Notes: generated by a model not told the origin, from the letters alone. 51,867 nucleotides of DNA, filler included, from Bipalium vagum (GCA_037834085.1; 3 parts of 3 records of this genome joined end to end with filler, not necessarily neighbours in it), one strand, 5' to 3'; counted from the whole stretch's first letter, positions 27,341-41,100 are shown. Numbers and translations are program-made.

Positions 27341-28716
27341 AGAGGGCGACTCAATCGAATTTTCTTTCACTACCGTGACAGAGGGCAATCTTGTAAAATA
27401 GTTGTTCTTGTAGAAGAATATCTGCACAATATTTATGTCGAAAAATTATCAAAAAATATAAAAAAAATTATTGAAGGTATTTCTAATAGTTTATGTCCAT
27501 GTTTTACGCAGTCAAGGATTATTAATAGGTTCTGTTGTCTGGTGGTCTCTGAGCCTAGTTCACGACCCAAGGATAATTTATCTCTTTCGGTAAGAGGTTA
27601 ATTAATTTTCTTAATTTTTTTTAATTTTCTTTAAGTAATTTCCTCTGTATCAAGTATTTTACAATAAAGTATACTGGTGTTCCACTAACAATTCATCAAT
27701 ATATTTTTCGTTGACACAAATTTGGCAGGATCATTTCGTGGATCATCTTCAATCAATTTACAATCACTTTTAAGTGCAATGAATGAAAAAAAATGAAGGA
27801 GTCCACTTATCCAATACATTTAAATATTCTTGTAAATTTCTTTCCATGCTAATCCTTTTTCAAATAAGTACTTCATAAATGCTTGATTTTCCAATTTTGC
27901 ATTCTAAAAGTGTAAACATGTTAACATACATTTGAACAGATATCCGATTGACAGATTAATTTCTTTCTCAAGATATTCTGGAATTCCTTGGAATCCCAGA
28001 AAATTGTAGCCATAATCTTACCAACCGTTTTTTTGCACTTTTGGTCTCTTCGGCACACATTCTGCAGGTGAAATCCGCTACTTCGATTTTTGAGTAGATT
28101 CTGGAGTGTAATAATAAATCCATGTTTCCTTGCAGGTGACTTATCGACGCAAAAGATCTTTTGGAGATTTTTGAAACACTGCCAGATTTCTCTGCGATAA
28201 CATGTTGCGATCAATAACATTTTGTTTCTTTTGATCAATGGTTAATGAACGTGGCGACTATTATGTAACCACATTTTCCAGTTTTCATGTATTTTCCGTC
28301 ATGCTCATAACTTCATCAATCCGGCTAATCTTCAAATTTTGATCTAACAAATTTTTGCTCCCTCAATTTGGACGACCACTACGAAATTCAACTTTAAAAT
28401 CTGAATATCAATTTTTAATAGGAGAATACGATGGTGCTAATTGCCCATAATGCTTATCCAAACTTGCTTTGGTTTCCGTAGGATTTTTCCCTTTCATAAA
28501 ATAATGTTTTATAAATATCCTTAATTCGTATTTGTCCATTTTCAAAAATTCAGCTATTAAAAATATTTAAATTGATTGTATAAAACAAATTAATTTTCCG
28601 AAATCAATAAAATTTCATATTAATTAATTTAGAAGATTTTCCTTTAAAGTATGCATAAAAATTGTTAGTTAGCCTTGTTATTAATAGTCAAGACCATAAC
28701 TCTGCGGATACCCTAG
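27341..28716 (-). mobile_element. Composite of two truncated mariner (irritans-like) copies
   Basis: Two N-terminal HTH regions (LENQAFMKYLFEKG near 27900; MDKYELRIFIKHYFMKGKNPTETK near 28540), RSGRP, VGKIMATIFWDS, and a terminus ...GGATACCCTAG|TA at 28716. Left boundary approximate. Confidence 0.75.
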
Positions 28717-29495
28717 TATACTCATCTCTCTGTTATGCGTACATCACTTGGTAACCTTCAGAAAATAAATATCCTTATCGCTTTAGGTTGGTATATACAG
28801 TGCCTTTTATTCATAAACATCACAGGTTCTATTTATAAATTCTGATTAGTACTGAAAATGGAAAAAGTAAAATAATGTCTACGAATTAAGAGGAATTTTG
28901 TAAAAATATATAAATAATATAAATCTTTTTCGAATTCATGATGCAAAAATTATTGCCCAGTTTATTTTTGAAATTGTTTCTTTATCTCCGCTAAAATAGG
29001 GTGGGGTTCAAAGGTATTTTGAAAGTGCTAAGATCTAATCAGATAGCGTTGAAGTAGTAGGAGCATCACAAAAAATATCGTCTGCCTACCGTTATGTTAG
29101 AAAAAGGATTAGCTGCAATCATCAGTAGTAGAAAAATGAAAAAAATTAACTTTTAAGTCAAAAATAAAAATTTTATTTTTATTAAATTAAATTTTTTATT
29201 TTTAGTCTTATTGCAATATCATTTTGAAGAAACATTCAGTACAAGTAAAATTATTTTTTCATGGTGAACTTAGAAACGACGAATTGCTGATTAAAACAAA
29301 ATTTAATTTGTTTTTGTTTAAATTGATAGAATTTTTAAAATTCTAGAACTAAATTAGAAAATATATAAGAAAGAAAATCACTACATTAGACAATAGGTCT
29401 TATAAAAAATGAAAAGTATGATACTTTCAAAATTAAGTTCAAATATTACTTGTTCTAATTATTCTTTTCCAAATTTAATGTTATCTGGTGCACTG

Positions 29496-29496
<1 letters not shown>

Positions 29497-29527
<31 letters not shown>

Positions 29528-29562
29528 TAATTATAAATTATTATAATTATTATTAATTATAA

Positions 29563-29601
<39 letters not shown>

Positions 29602-29620
29602 GTCATTATTATCATTATTA
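29497..29620. repeat. (AAT)/(ATT)n compound microsatellite
   Basis: Directly visible. Confidence 0.9.
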
Positions 29621-30533
29621 ATTTTTTATCATTAAAATTTAAATAAAATTTAAACAATTAATTTTAAATAACTAAATACTTATTATCTGTAGATCAAAAT
29701 AGATAAAAAGATATAAGAAAATTTTATTAAATCTGAAAAGAAAATTTCTCTTGAAAGATTTGCCAAATATCAATTAAAAGAGAGACTGAGAAAAATTACA
29801 TTTTATTAATTTTTATTAAATTCAGAAGGAAAATCAATTTCGTAAAATTATTTTCAGAAGTATTTAAGATAAAAAAATATCCCCATCAAATTCATTTAGG
29901 TCAGACAACAGACACAGATATGCGATTGATAGCTCAAATAAGGTAAATATCAATAATAAACAATTTCCACTCATTTTCTTCATGCTTTTATTCATAATAC
30001 GTATTAATTTTGCAAAAAATTAAAAAATAAATAATATTTACTTATTCTTCAATTGTACTGATGTGGATAATCAAGAATATTTAACTTTTCAAAGAATTTC
30101 AGTAATTCTTGCACAGTTTCTTATTTACACTGAATTAAAATAAATTTCATTTATTATTTATTTAAATTTTTAAAATAAAATTGAGAAGCGTAACTGAAGC
30201 ATTCAATTTTGAAATAAATTATTATTGTTTTCATTTATAATTTGAAGACTCCAAAATAATATTTCATAAATAAACAATATAATAATATATTTAATAATAT
30301 ATTTACTGTGGATTTGATGCTGAGAAAATGTCGAAGGTTTTTTTTCTTTTGGTGGTTTTCTTTTTTAAATTTTACAATTATTGATCAAAACATCTATTGT
30401 CTTTTATTTTTTCTTGACCGGGTTACCCTATATGATTGTTGACTCTTTCTATAAAGCAGGATGAACTGCTTAATTGATAGCTAACCTTAACTTCTATGGT
30501 TTGATGACCATATTGAGCTTAATTTTCCTAATA

Positions 30534-31330
30534 CAGTATTTTCTCTATATAAGCAACCTCTGTTAGGCAACTTTCTATATAAGTGGAAAATTTGAATATC
30601 GGTATTTTATGGAAATGGTGATTTATTTTGATATTAATTCTTAATAATATCATATTATTGACAAAGGAAGCAGAAAACATGAAATTCTTTCTTTAAAAGA
30701 TAAAATAGAAATCTTAAAGTGTCTGGAAAATGGTAAGAAATCAAAAACATTTTTATGATATTTAAAATTTATAAATCAACAATAACAAGAATTAAAAACG
30801 AAAGAAAGTATCAAGGAATTTTTATCAAAAAAATAATCATCAGAAGATCAAACGAGTGAAAAATATCAAATCTTCAGAAATACGTAGACGACCAATTATA
30901 TTTGTCGTTTCTAAAACAACGAATCGAAAACGGATTTGTTTCAAATGAATTTTTAAAAGTAAGAGCACTTGAATTGAAAAGGTTATTGAATATAGATGGA
31001 ACATTTGCTGCATGTGATGGGTGGTTGACTAAATTAAATGTACGTCATGAAATACTGACATTGACAGTTTTTGGAGAAAGTCTATCCTGTAATGTTGAGA
31101 CTGTCAAATCAAAGCACAACTGAATTAGAAAATATTGTTTTCGAAAATGGATTTCTAACAGACCAGATTTATAACACTGATGGATCTGGTCTTGTCATAC
31201 AGGTTTACATAACAAAACTAATGTCACAATCTTTGAAAGGGTCGGCATATGGAAGGAATGCTTTGAAAGAAAGACTGGAAATTATGCCATGTACAAACGC
31301 AACAGGTACATAAAAGCCTTAGTGTATCAA
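30534..31330 (+). mobile_element. pogo/Tigger (CENP-B/JRK-like) transposase remnant, 3'-truncated
   Basis: TA|CAGTATTTTCTCTATATAAG terminus; RKHEILSLKDKIEILKCLENG, ACDGWLTKLNVRH, GESLS, DQIYNTDGSGL, KERLEIMPCTNATGT. Confidence 0.88.
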
Positions 31331-31589
31331 GCGTTTAGTGTATATAATCTTTCAATTTGATCATTTTTAAAATGCTTAAAAAATCATATTTATATCAATA
31401 AAAATAAATAAAATTAATTCTATTTTTTTTATTGATAATTAATTAATGATTTATTCCAGTTTCTTATAAGAACTCAACAACGTATTCAGATTGTGGAGTT
31501 ATTTTATGAAAATGGGCTTTAGGTAAAAACATTAGGTTCACATAAAATTATGCAAGTTTTACGGTTGACATAATCGTCCACCCGAAAGT

Positions 31590-31815
31590 ACGATTAATCA
31601 AATGGTCGAGTTAATTTAAGAAATATTGATTTGAATTGACACCCTTAGATTATTTTTTTGGGGTTAAATGAAAAGTCAAATCTGTAAAAACAATTCACAA
31701 TTGATTCATAAGCAAGAGGTTAAAATTATTCGTGTCTTTGGTGAAATTGAACCGCAATTATTTAAACTTATTATTGAGAATTTTAACAGAAAAGTACACA
31801 TCTGTGGAAGTGTAA
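31590..31815 (+). mobile_element. rosa-like transposase C-terminal fragment
   Basis: LTPLDYFFWG*MKSQICKN...KIIRVFGEIEPQL. Confidence 0.7.
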
Positions 31816-32931
31816 ATCAGTAAAAAGAAACTGGAGATAACAATGAAAAACTATAATGGAGTGACGAAGAATGAAAAGTTTCATAAAATAAATGTTGATT
31901 TTTTTGTCGTTTGACAGATATTGCTTCTTGCATATAAATGCAAGAACTAGTACTTTAATTTTTAATAAAAATGTTCTTTGAAGTTAATATATATAATTTT
32001 TGGAAATGTTTAGCTTTTGACATTGTTCTTAAACATGTGTTTAATACATTACTTTTGTTGGTGATTTAATTATATGACCAGCATTTTTAAAGCAGACTTA
32101 GCTAAACATAAATTTTCCACGTAATTTTATATTTTAATTGCATAGATTTTATGGAATTTGTTTCGTATACATGTATTCTGTGACAAAATGTTTTCTCAAT
32201 ACATCATCATGATATAACATTAATAGAAGGCATTCATGCTTAATGATTACACCCACTTTTCTTGAAACAGTAATCTGGTTGATGGTACAAGATTGCGTGC
32301 TGAAAGAAGAATCTTTTCTTTCTTAGGATATTTAATTGCTGTCTTACTATTTAATATTTTATGAAAATATGATTTCGAAGCTTTACATTTCCTAGCCGCG
32401 CAATAAATCGAAACCACTATCATCAAAATGGGATTTGATCTGGTTTAGTTTAGAAACTGTGATATTTCTGACTTTATGTCCACTTCCTGAATTCCTTATT
32501 GTTGATAATTATAAGTTATTGTCTAACATTTCAAGAATGAAATAAATTGTTTGCTTTAGGACATTTCCTTCTGAAAATGGAAAACATTATAATTTTTCCC
32601 AGCTACATACTTACTCTCATAAAATTTGTGTACATTTTAAAAACATTCCATGTTCTTTAATCATTATTATTAAATAATTTTGATTAATATCTTAAAAGGA
32701 AATAAATCATTTGAATATATAAAAGGCATTTCTTTAAATGGCAACTATATTTTCCAATCATCACAAATTTTTAAAAAATTTTTCTATTACATTAACATGA
32801 AATTTTAGTGATATATTTTACTAAACTAACCAGTTTAAATAATATTAAAAGATGGTTGATTGATTTTAATGTCAATCAGTGAGTTAATTTCATAGATTGT
32901 TTTTGTCCAAATATTGTTTATCATCTCTGAT

Positions 32932-33945
32932 ATGGAAAATCGAAACACGTATTTGAAGTATATTTTCATTTTATCAGAATGGAAAACATGAAACCGAAGC
33001 TTGCAAAGAAGTATGTGAAATGTATGGCAAAGATGCATTAAAAGAACACCAATGTTGAAATAATTTGAGAAATTCAGAAGGGATGATTTCTCATTCAAAT
33101 AAGGGACGATCTAATCGTCTATTTGATGTCAATGAATCAAAATCAAAAACTTAATCAATAATGATCATGCAAGAATTACACGTGACATTGCAAAGGAACT
33201 CAGTATATCACATGTAACCATGAGACACATATTAAGCCGGTAGGTTACGTGAAAACTCGATTTATGGGTTTCTTACTAATTTAAGGAAAGTTACATTAGA
33301 CTTTGAAAGAGCAGCAAAATATTAAGCTTATTTTTGAAACAATTGGTAACGGAGATAAAAATTCATTTACTACAAAAATATTCATATAAAGTAGCATAGA
33401 CATTCTAGGCTGACAATCATCAAAATAAAGTTTTGCTATGCCTTTAGTGGAATTATTGAGGAATCATATACTTCGAAATTTTTAAAGCACGCAAAGGATT
33501 AAATCTAATATATTTCTTGATCATCTGTAGAAATGAAAACAGAAATTCAAGTTAAAAAGTCAAACTTCGTAAACCGTGAAGGCATTTTTTTTCATCTTGA
33601 CAAAGTAAAACCATATATCAGTTTACCACTCTAAAAAATTGTTGACCTTGATTGGGACATGTTGTCACATCAAACATATATCCCAGACCTCACAACATCA
33701 GATTACTATTTGTCTCCCTCTATGCAAAACTTGTAGAATGGTAAAACTATTACTAATGGTGATCCGACTTGTTACAAATTTTGCAGAAATGCCCAACAGG
33801 TCTTATGAATCAGGAATTCTTACGCTTTCTGGAAGATGAAAACCAATCATTGATAACAATGGACAATTCATAATTTAATAAAATATATTGTTTCATATAG
33901 CTTCATGTCTTTTTGTTCAAAAGAATTACTTTCTTGCCAGCCCAA
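32932..33945 (+). mobile_element. Degenerate mariner (DD34D) element
   Basis: CEMYGKDALKE, LKQLVT, HQTYIPDLTTSDYYL (HPPYSPDLAPSDY-like); right TIR AAGAATTACTTTCTTGCCAGCCCAA|TA. Left end not defined. Confidence 0.8.
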
Positions 33946-34457
33946 TATTTCAACTGTTACTTTATTAATTTGAAAAGTTTTCGGGGATAAAAATAATTTA
34001 GTATCAATTTTGGGAATTATTTCTAAATTGAAGGGAAGATAAAAATTGTTAAGTTTCAATCCACTTTAGTATACCGACAATGAAGTGGTCTCCATTAATA
34101 TTTAATTAATCTCAAGACAAATATCAAACAAGATTTATTTTTATTAAATACATATTTTTCATATTTACCAACTCCGATTTATGTTTTATGAATAAAATTA
34201 TAATAAACGTTTTTGAATATATAAAAAAGGTTTGTACTGATATTTTTGGTAAATTATTTTTAAATCACCAAAAATATTAAGCGTTATATATATAAAATAT
34301 ACTTTATTTTAATTGAGTAAAAAGGCATAATTAATAAATAATAATAATTAATTAATATTAATTATTTCAAATATTTAAATATTTAAATATAAATGAGAAG
34401 CTTACTAATAAGGCTAGTTGTTATGGTCAAATTAAAATAAAATAATAAGTTAAATTA

Positions 34458-35027
34458 TTAGGTTGTTTGGAAAGTAATTGCGTTTTTTGAAAGTTTTTTT
34501 TTCATATTTTAAGGCAAAAAAATTTTTTAATTTTAATCGCATTATATTGATGGATTTTAATAAACGATTTATATATAGTATGATATATTTTTAATTTTGT
34601 TTAAATACATATTTTTCTAGGTTACATATTTGAAATGAGTATAGAAAAGACTCATTTCAGACATTTATTACTTTTATTTCCGAAATTTTTTTCACTTGTC
34701 AAAGGCTGTTACAGCTTGGATGGGTTGTATTGCCCCATCCATCATTTTCACGAGATCTGGCACAATCTGATTATTACCTCTTTCGGTTCTTAGAAAATTT
34801 GTTAGATAGGTTCAGTTCCAATGTGGAGGTTAAAAATCACTTGGACCAGTTTTCAAGAATAAAGATGTGAAAATTTCTACGAAATTGGAGTCCTGCAACT
34901 CCTCCAAAGATGCCACAGCGTGTTGTACCAAATGTTCAATATGTAATTGATTAAAATATATGTTTACACAAAATAATCTGATTTTGGTTTTTATCAAAAA
35001 AACGCAATTGCTTTCCAAACAACTCAA
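34458..35027 (+). mobile_element. Internally deleted mariner (570 bp)
   Basis: TA|TTAGGTTGTTTGGAAAGTAATTGCGTTTTTT ... AAAAAACGCAATTGCTTTCCAAACAACTCAA|TA. MSIEKTHFRHLL is joined to LGWVVLPHPSFSRDLAQSDYYLF. Confidence 0.9.
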
Positions 35028-35581
35028 TAAATCATATTTACTCAGCAATATTTTACAACTGTAAACATTTGTTATTATAATATTATCATAATATTGTAAT
35101 ATTATATTTTAATATAAATAATATTACATACACAATACCATTATATTGGAAATCGTGATTAAAACAAAATCGCAAAATAAATATATTTTAATTTGAATAT
35201 TTTGCTTGAATGAATACAATTTCAGATTTTTCAGCGAAAATAATATTCATTATATATGAAATTGAATATTATTTCCCCCTAAAATTGTGGTGAATAAGTA
35301 ACACTTCTCTGAAATAGTTTGTACTTACTCCATGTTGGATAAAAGAAAAGTAAACAGATGGAATCTCTCCACCTATTTAGATCACCAAGAAAAACAAACT
35401 CCTCATAATTGTAACTAGAGACAGGGATAATCTGTGGCTTTTATTCTCATTAAAAATTTTAGTCATATTTCCAAGTAGCTCTTGTAACAGAGAAAAATAG
35501 ATTATTGTTATCTAAAAAGTTGGTAGAAATTAATGTATGGTACGACGTATTTCTTAATTAATTATGAATTTTAATTAAAAT

Positions 35582-35681
35582 NNNNNNNNNNNNNNNNNNN
35601 NNNNNNNNNNNNNNNNNNNNNNNNNTTAATTAATTAANNNNNNNNNNNNNNNNNNNNNNNNNNNNNNNNNNNNNNNNNNNN
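35582..35681. other. Assembly gap with artificial six-frame stop linker
   Basis: 44 N + TTAATTAATTAA + 44 N. Confidence 0.97.
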
Positions 35682-35700
35682 CCGTTTGTCGTAGGCTCCA

Positions 35701-35726
35701 AATTATTATTATTATTATTATTATTC

Positions 35727-35758
<32 letters not shown>

Positions 35759-35770
35759 GTTATTATTATT
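35701..35770. repeat. (ATT)n repeat, possibly coding poly-Asn on the minus strand
   Basis: Trinucleotide run whose interruptions read as AAC (Asn) and AAG (Lys) in the minus-strand frame MVDP-N14-K-N8-LEPTT. Confidence 0.85.
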
Positions 35771-38180
35771 GGGATCTACCATTAAGTCAGTGCTGAACAT
35801 CAGCAAACCCATAATAAACTCCAAGATTCATAAAAGCCTGCCGATTAATCAAAGAGAACAGCAGAAATATAGTAAAGTGACCCAAAAGAAGCAGTAACAG
35901 AGCCCGATGGAAAGTGAAGACAGCTTTCTCAAATTGACCATCGACTTTTCAATTATCACTGACGATCAGAAAAAATTATGAATTTTCGTCGTGTATATAT
36001 ATGATCTTTGCAAGAAAAGGTCCCGTTAGAACTTTGTTTTTATGATAATGTTCAATTAAAATAAATTGAGAAAAATGATAATTAAATTAGAATAATATTA
36101 GGTTATCAATATAAATAATAGTTTTAAAATATATTATTAATATAAAATAGTTTATAATGATAATATTAATAAAAGTAAAGCTATAATTAATAATAATAAT
36201 AATATTGTAATTATGAAAAAAAAAGAAAATATTAATAATTTAATAATAATGATGAAATAATAATCAGCATTTATAAGTATTAAGTTTTAAAAGAAAACTT
36301 ACAAAAAATAAACGAGAAAATTGAAATAAATGAAGTTACTAAAATTAATAAGTTTCATAAATTTGAACAAAATAACTTGATAAAAATAGTAAATTACTAA
36401 ATTTAGAAGCATTTATCAATGATTATCGGTTGTTACTAAATTTAATAAGTCTCGTTTAATAACAAAAAATCGGTTAGGAATAGTAAGATTGAGTTTAGAT
36501 ATAGTAAAATACTATTTTACCAATCAAAATTTTCAAATCGTGAAATTGGGTAGTATAATTGTCCCTTAAAAATAAGCTTAGAATAAAATTTCTAATCTTT
36601 TCAAATTAAAATCGATTAACTAAGTCAGTTAAATAAAAGTAGAGAGATTTTATAAATTCCACGTTCAACCGATTCCTAATTAAAAAATAATTTTTAGTAA
36701 TAGAAAAAACACTTACTCGCCTCCAGAGTTTTAGAATTCTCCTTTTCTTTTTTATTGTTTTCTTGGTAAAACGATTTTGCTTCGCTCTAGGTGACAGAAT
36801 ACGCATTTTTAGCATAGGACTTCTTTGGTTCTCGAAAAACTAAGAAGATAGTTGATTAATTTAATTTAACTAAATAATTTTTCATATCAGATTGTAATTA
36901 TAGATTAGGTTGTATTTTGATAAGAAATATGCCATTTTTTTTAATTGCAATTACGTGATTTTTCAATTACTAACACTTCCTCTGAAAGAGTTTGTGAACT
37001 CAGATAGTCACAAATTACATTGTAAGCAGTATTATAACAAGGAAAAAACCAAAACCTTACATTATTACCTTTGTGTACTTTTATTAATCATTGTTTATAA
37101 TTATTATTAAAATTCACAAGGAAGTGCCTTTGTCCAAAACAATTAATATAATAAATTAGATTAAATTGCTTACAACTTTTTGATTTAATCTTTATACCCA
37201 AGTAATGATCTTGGGGTTTTTTTTATCGATTAGTCATCTGGTGGGTCATCTTCTTTGTCTTTTTAAAAGTAACCAGATATATATTTTGGATCACTTATAC
37301 ATGACATAGATATCCATTAATAATTTGATCTTCAACCAAACCACATATGAAAAATTAAATAATCAAAACTTTATGATGATGAAAAATGAGATGTACTTCG
37401 CTTGTCTCACTTCATGTTAATGTACTCCAAAAGATGCTTTATCTCGTAAAATAGTGGATAGTGGATAATCAAAGCTTTATATAAACTTACGTTATAAATG
37501 AAAGTTTTAATATCAGTTGCTAATTATTTAATATGTAATTGCTTGAAAATTAATTTTCCACTTTAATCAATTAATTATACTTTCAAAGTGTTAGTGATAT
37601 TTCTTTTGAATTTCATCTGTCAAAACATATTCAAATATTGTATGACTTTAGTTCTAATAATATTGTACCATGTTAAAAATATAACAAATTAAAATTAGTT
37701 ATTTCTATTTAAAAAAGTATAATGATAATTTTAATGATTTTATTTTGACATATATTTAGTTAATTTTAAATTGTAAGGATAAGATATATATTAAACAGTT
37801 TATTAACATAATTTTTGTTGAATATAAACTATTATTATTTTCAACTCATTAATTTTTCAATGTAATAATTTATAATTTTGAAAATATAAAAAATTAATCT
37901 AATATAATTAATTATTAACATTTTACATTGGATTTTTCATTGGATTTTTCATAATAATTTGGAATTAAAAATCATTTAATATGTATTTAAAATAAATTAT
38001 TTTGTTTAAAATCTTATTGTTTTAAAGACATTGGCGGATTTATAATTTTCTTAATGATTTTATTTTATTTAAATTCTTTTCTTTTATTATTTTTAAAGAA
38101 TATTAACTTTATTATATTCTAGAATCTTAACAAATTTATCTTTACTTATTCATTTATTTTTAGACTAGTTAGTTCACTAA

Positions 38181-41100
38181 ATGAGCACTTTTGAACTTGA
38201 TTTATCAAAATCTGATAGTCTTATTGATGACATCCAAAAAATTTTCAAGCCACCATCTGTGGAACCTTCAGGAAATTCTCGTTTTGGTAAAATGTATTTA
38301 AAAAGTTTGCAATACAGTCAAAATAGCGGTGTAAACATAAAAGATTCTATTACATATTCTCAACAAAATTCCTTGGAAGAAATTGATAGTAAATCTTTAA
38401 AATCTGGCAACATAAGTTGGAAAAAACCAAAATCAAATAGCCATGAATACTGTGACAGTTGTGGGACAATTGAAGGTGAACGATTGGTATGTGATCGTTG
38501 TCCAGCAAGCTTTCATTTGGAATGTTTGGATCCACCAATTGACAACGAAGAAGCTCCAGTTGGTGTTTGGTATTGCAATCGTTGTACAGCGATTATGAAA
38601 GAAGAAGATGATAAATTTTCATCAATAAGTGCTGGAAGTACATCCAGAATTGATAATGATAACATTAATATTGGGTTTACTAATGGATGTTACGGTTTAT
38701 TGTCATTGTCGGCTAAGCGGTCAGTACATAGTAGTAGTTCTGCATCTTCGGAAATAACAACTGAAATGTCAGATGAAATTCCAATGAAAAAGCGTAAAGG
38801 CAATGATAATGGCATTTACAACAATGGTAATCAGAAATTAGTTGCTCTTCAAAACATTCAAGATGTTGTACATTGCTTGAACCCAAAAGAGTTCGATTTG
38901 TCTAAAGATCTATTTCCTGGAATCAAATTACCAAGTTAGTCAAATGAAATAAAGTGAAATGGATTAATTATTATCGAGTTCAGATTCCTTTAAAACCTTT
39001 GCTGAAATGAAAACGAAGTCGGTGGTCAACATCGAGAATGGAATAATTCCCAGACCCGTTGTTACGTGCTTTGAGTGTTCTAGGTAATTAAATAAATCTT
39101 GTATCATTGTATCTATTGCAATTATATATTATTCAGTATAAAAAACAACTGTTTTGTTAAATATCATTTACGTCAAATCATTTACTTCATCTCTTGACTA
39201 AATATTTTATTGCAATGTCTGAAGAATTTTTTCAGATATTTTTATTATGAAATTCTTTTCTTCGTCTGTTTTATTACTTACAATAGTAAGCTGATAAAAT
39301 TTCAATTTATTTTTTAATGGTTTGTATGCTCATTAATAAATATTTACAATAATTAAATTAAATTTATGAATATTGACTTGTTAAGTGCAATAGTTCCCAA
39401 TATGGTGCAATTGGTGCAAGTACGACTGTGATGAAGAAGACCAATGTCTTGTAGCTATCTGTCAAATTCATCATCTAATTATAATCTTTGGCATAAATTT
39501 TCCAAATTTTCAATTCCTTAAAATTCATTAAAAAAATAATCATATAAATAAATAAGATTAAAAAATATTATATATTACTGTTAGAAATAAGTAATAAATT
39601 AAAATTTAAAAATTTTTAATTTCTTAAAAAATGGGATACGTTAAGTACAATATAGTACAATAGTACAATATCCGAAATATTGTAACAAGGAAATTTTTAA
39701 AGTAAAATAAATATTGACTTTTATAAATATTAATCGATTTTTTGAAAAAAAATTAAACTCGTTTCAGGACTTGCATGTATGGATGTCTGATCCAATGTGA
39801 TTATTGCCCACTCTATTATCATCTCGATTGTCTTGACCCTCCTCTGGTGCAACTACCGTCTAGAATTGAAAGGTGGATGTGCCCCAATCACGTTGAACAG
39901 GTGATTGACAATGCCGGAATCGTCAAGTCCATCCGTTTATCGGAAAGAATGAAAGCATATGAAAATTTGCAAAAAGAAATCGATAATATCGATGAAATCG
40001 ATCTGTTAACGAGCTTTTCACAGGGTCATGGTTTTAGATTTGGTGAAAGATCAGATTCTGAGACACGAGTGAAACAGAAAATTAAGGTTCCAGATGCCGT
40101 AATAAGGATGTATAAATATCCACTGAAAGTCGTGTTTGTATTGATTTTCGATATTGATAATTTTTATGTTTTAGGGGAAGAAACCAAACGTATCAACACA
40201 TGTCGATGAATCTGTGTTTACAGAAGACCAGAAAAGTCTATTAACATCTCTTTTGCAGACAGGTAAGAATTTTTGTTTTCATGGTAACTATCAGTATATT
40301 TTCATAATTGTTTTTAATATTAATCTGTCTTTTTTATTAATAATATTGATTCGTGAAAATTTTCGTTAAGATGCTATTGGCACTGATGCCACTACACTGC
40401 TGAAGAGTGCACTCGATTCTTTACGACACTTGATTTCTAAAAACAATATTGATCTCTTTTCTCATTTGTCACCTAAACCTTTGTTGGTGTCGAAGAGTGG
40501 CGGAGAGAAAATAAAATCTCGAGCACTGCTGATTCCGATTTCTAAAGACGGTTTAATTCGTGACCAAAAGTCAGTGGCAAGAATGATTTATCGCAATTGT
40601 GATATTGGTTCAGGTTAGTGGTAGTAGTTTGTTCATATTTTCTTATTAAAGCAAGGATCATGCTAATACATAAAGTTATTGATACCAATAATTTTTCCTA
40701 TCTAAAGAATGGTTACTTATTGATTTTATTCCTGGTTTTCTATTTGATATATTTCCTGTTTTTCTTTTTGTTGTTGATGAGAATTAGGGACAAGGCTATA
40801 ATTTATCGATTAATGTATATTTCAATACACATCTTCAATTTTGTATTTCACAATTTAAACTTAAATATTATCTCATGTTTCGATTGGCTGTAATGATAAA
40901 TCGATATATAGACTAGTTCAATCGATTAATATGTTAATTAATCAGTCACTGTTTTTAGAATCACTAATGTTAATTTTCCCATCGTAAAAATATCTTGCAT
41001 TGATAATTTCAAATTAATTTTTTGATTGTCGGTTGGATTTTCATTGGATAATAATAATAAATCAATTTTTTTGATGGATAAATTAATTCCGTTCAGGTCT

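Noticed and set aside
35682-35941. NUMT read with TGA=Trp
   Set aside because: No recognisable mitochondrial protein motif, and the frame runs into a poly-Asn repeat.
36606-36815. 69-aa basic minus-strand ORF
   Set aside because: The K/R bias is explained by T-tracts; no homology or splice support is visible.
39420-39480. GTGATGA box-C-like motif in PHF12 intron 2 (possible snoRNA)
   Set aside because: No properly placed CTGA box D or terminal stem; more likely a small repeat remnant.
40618-40893. 91-aa membrane-like ORF
   Set aside because: Lies wholly inside PHF12 intron 5; a T-rich intron translation.
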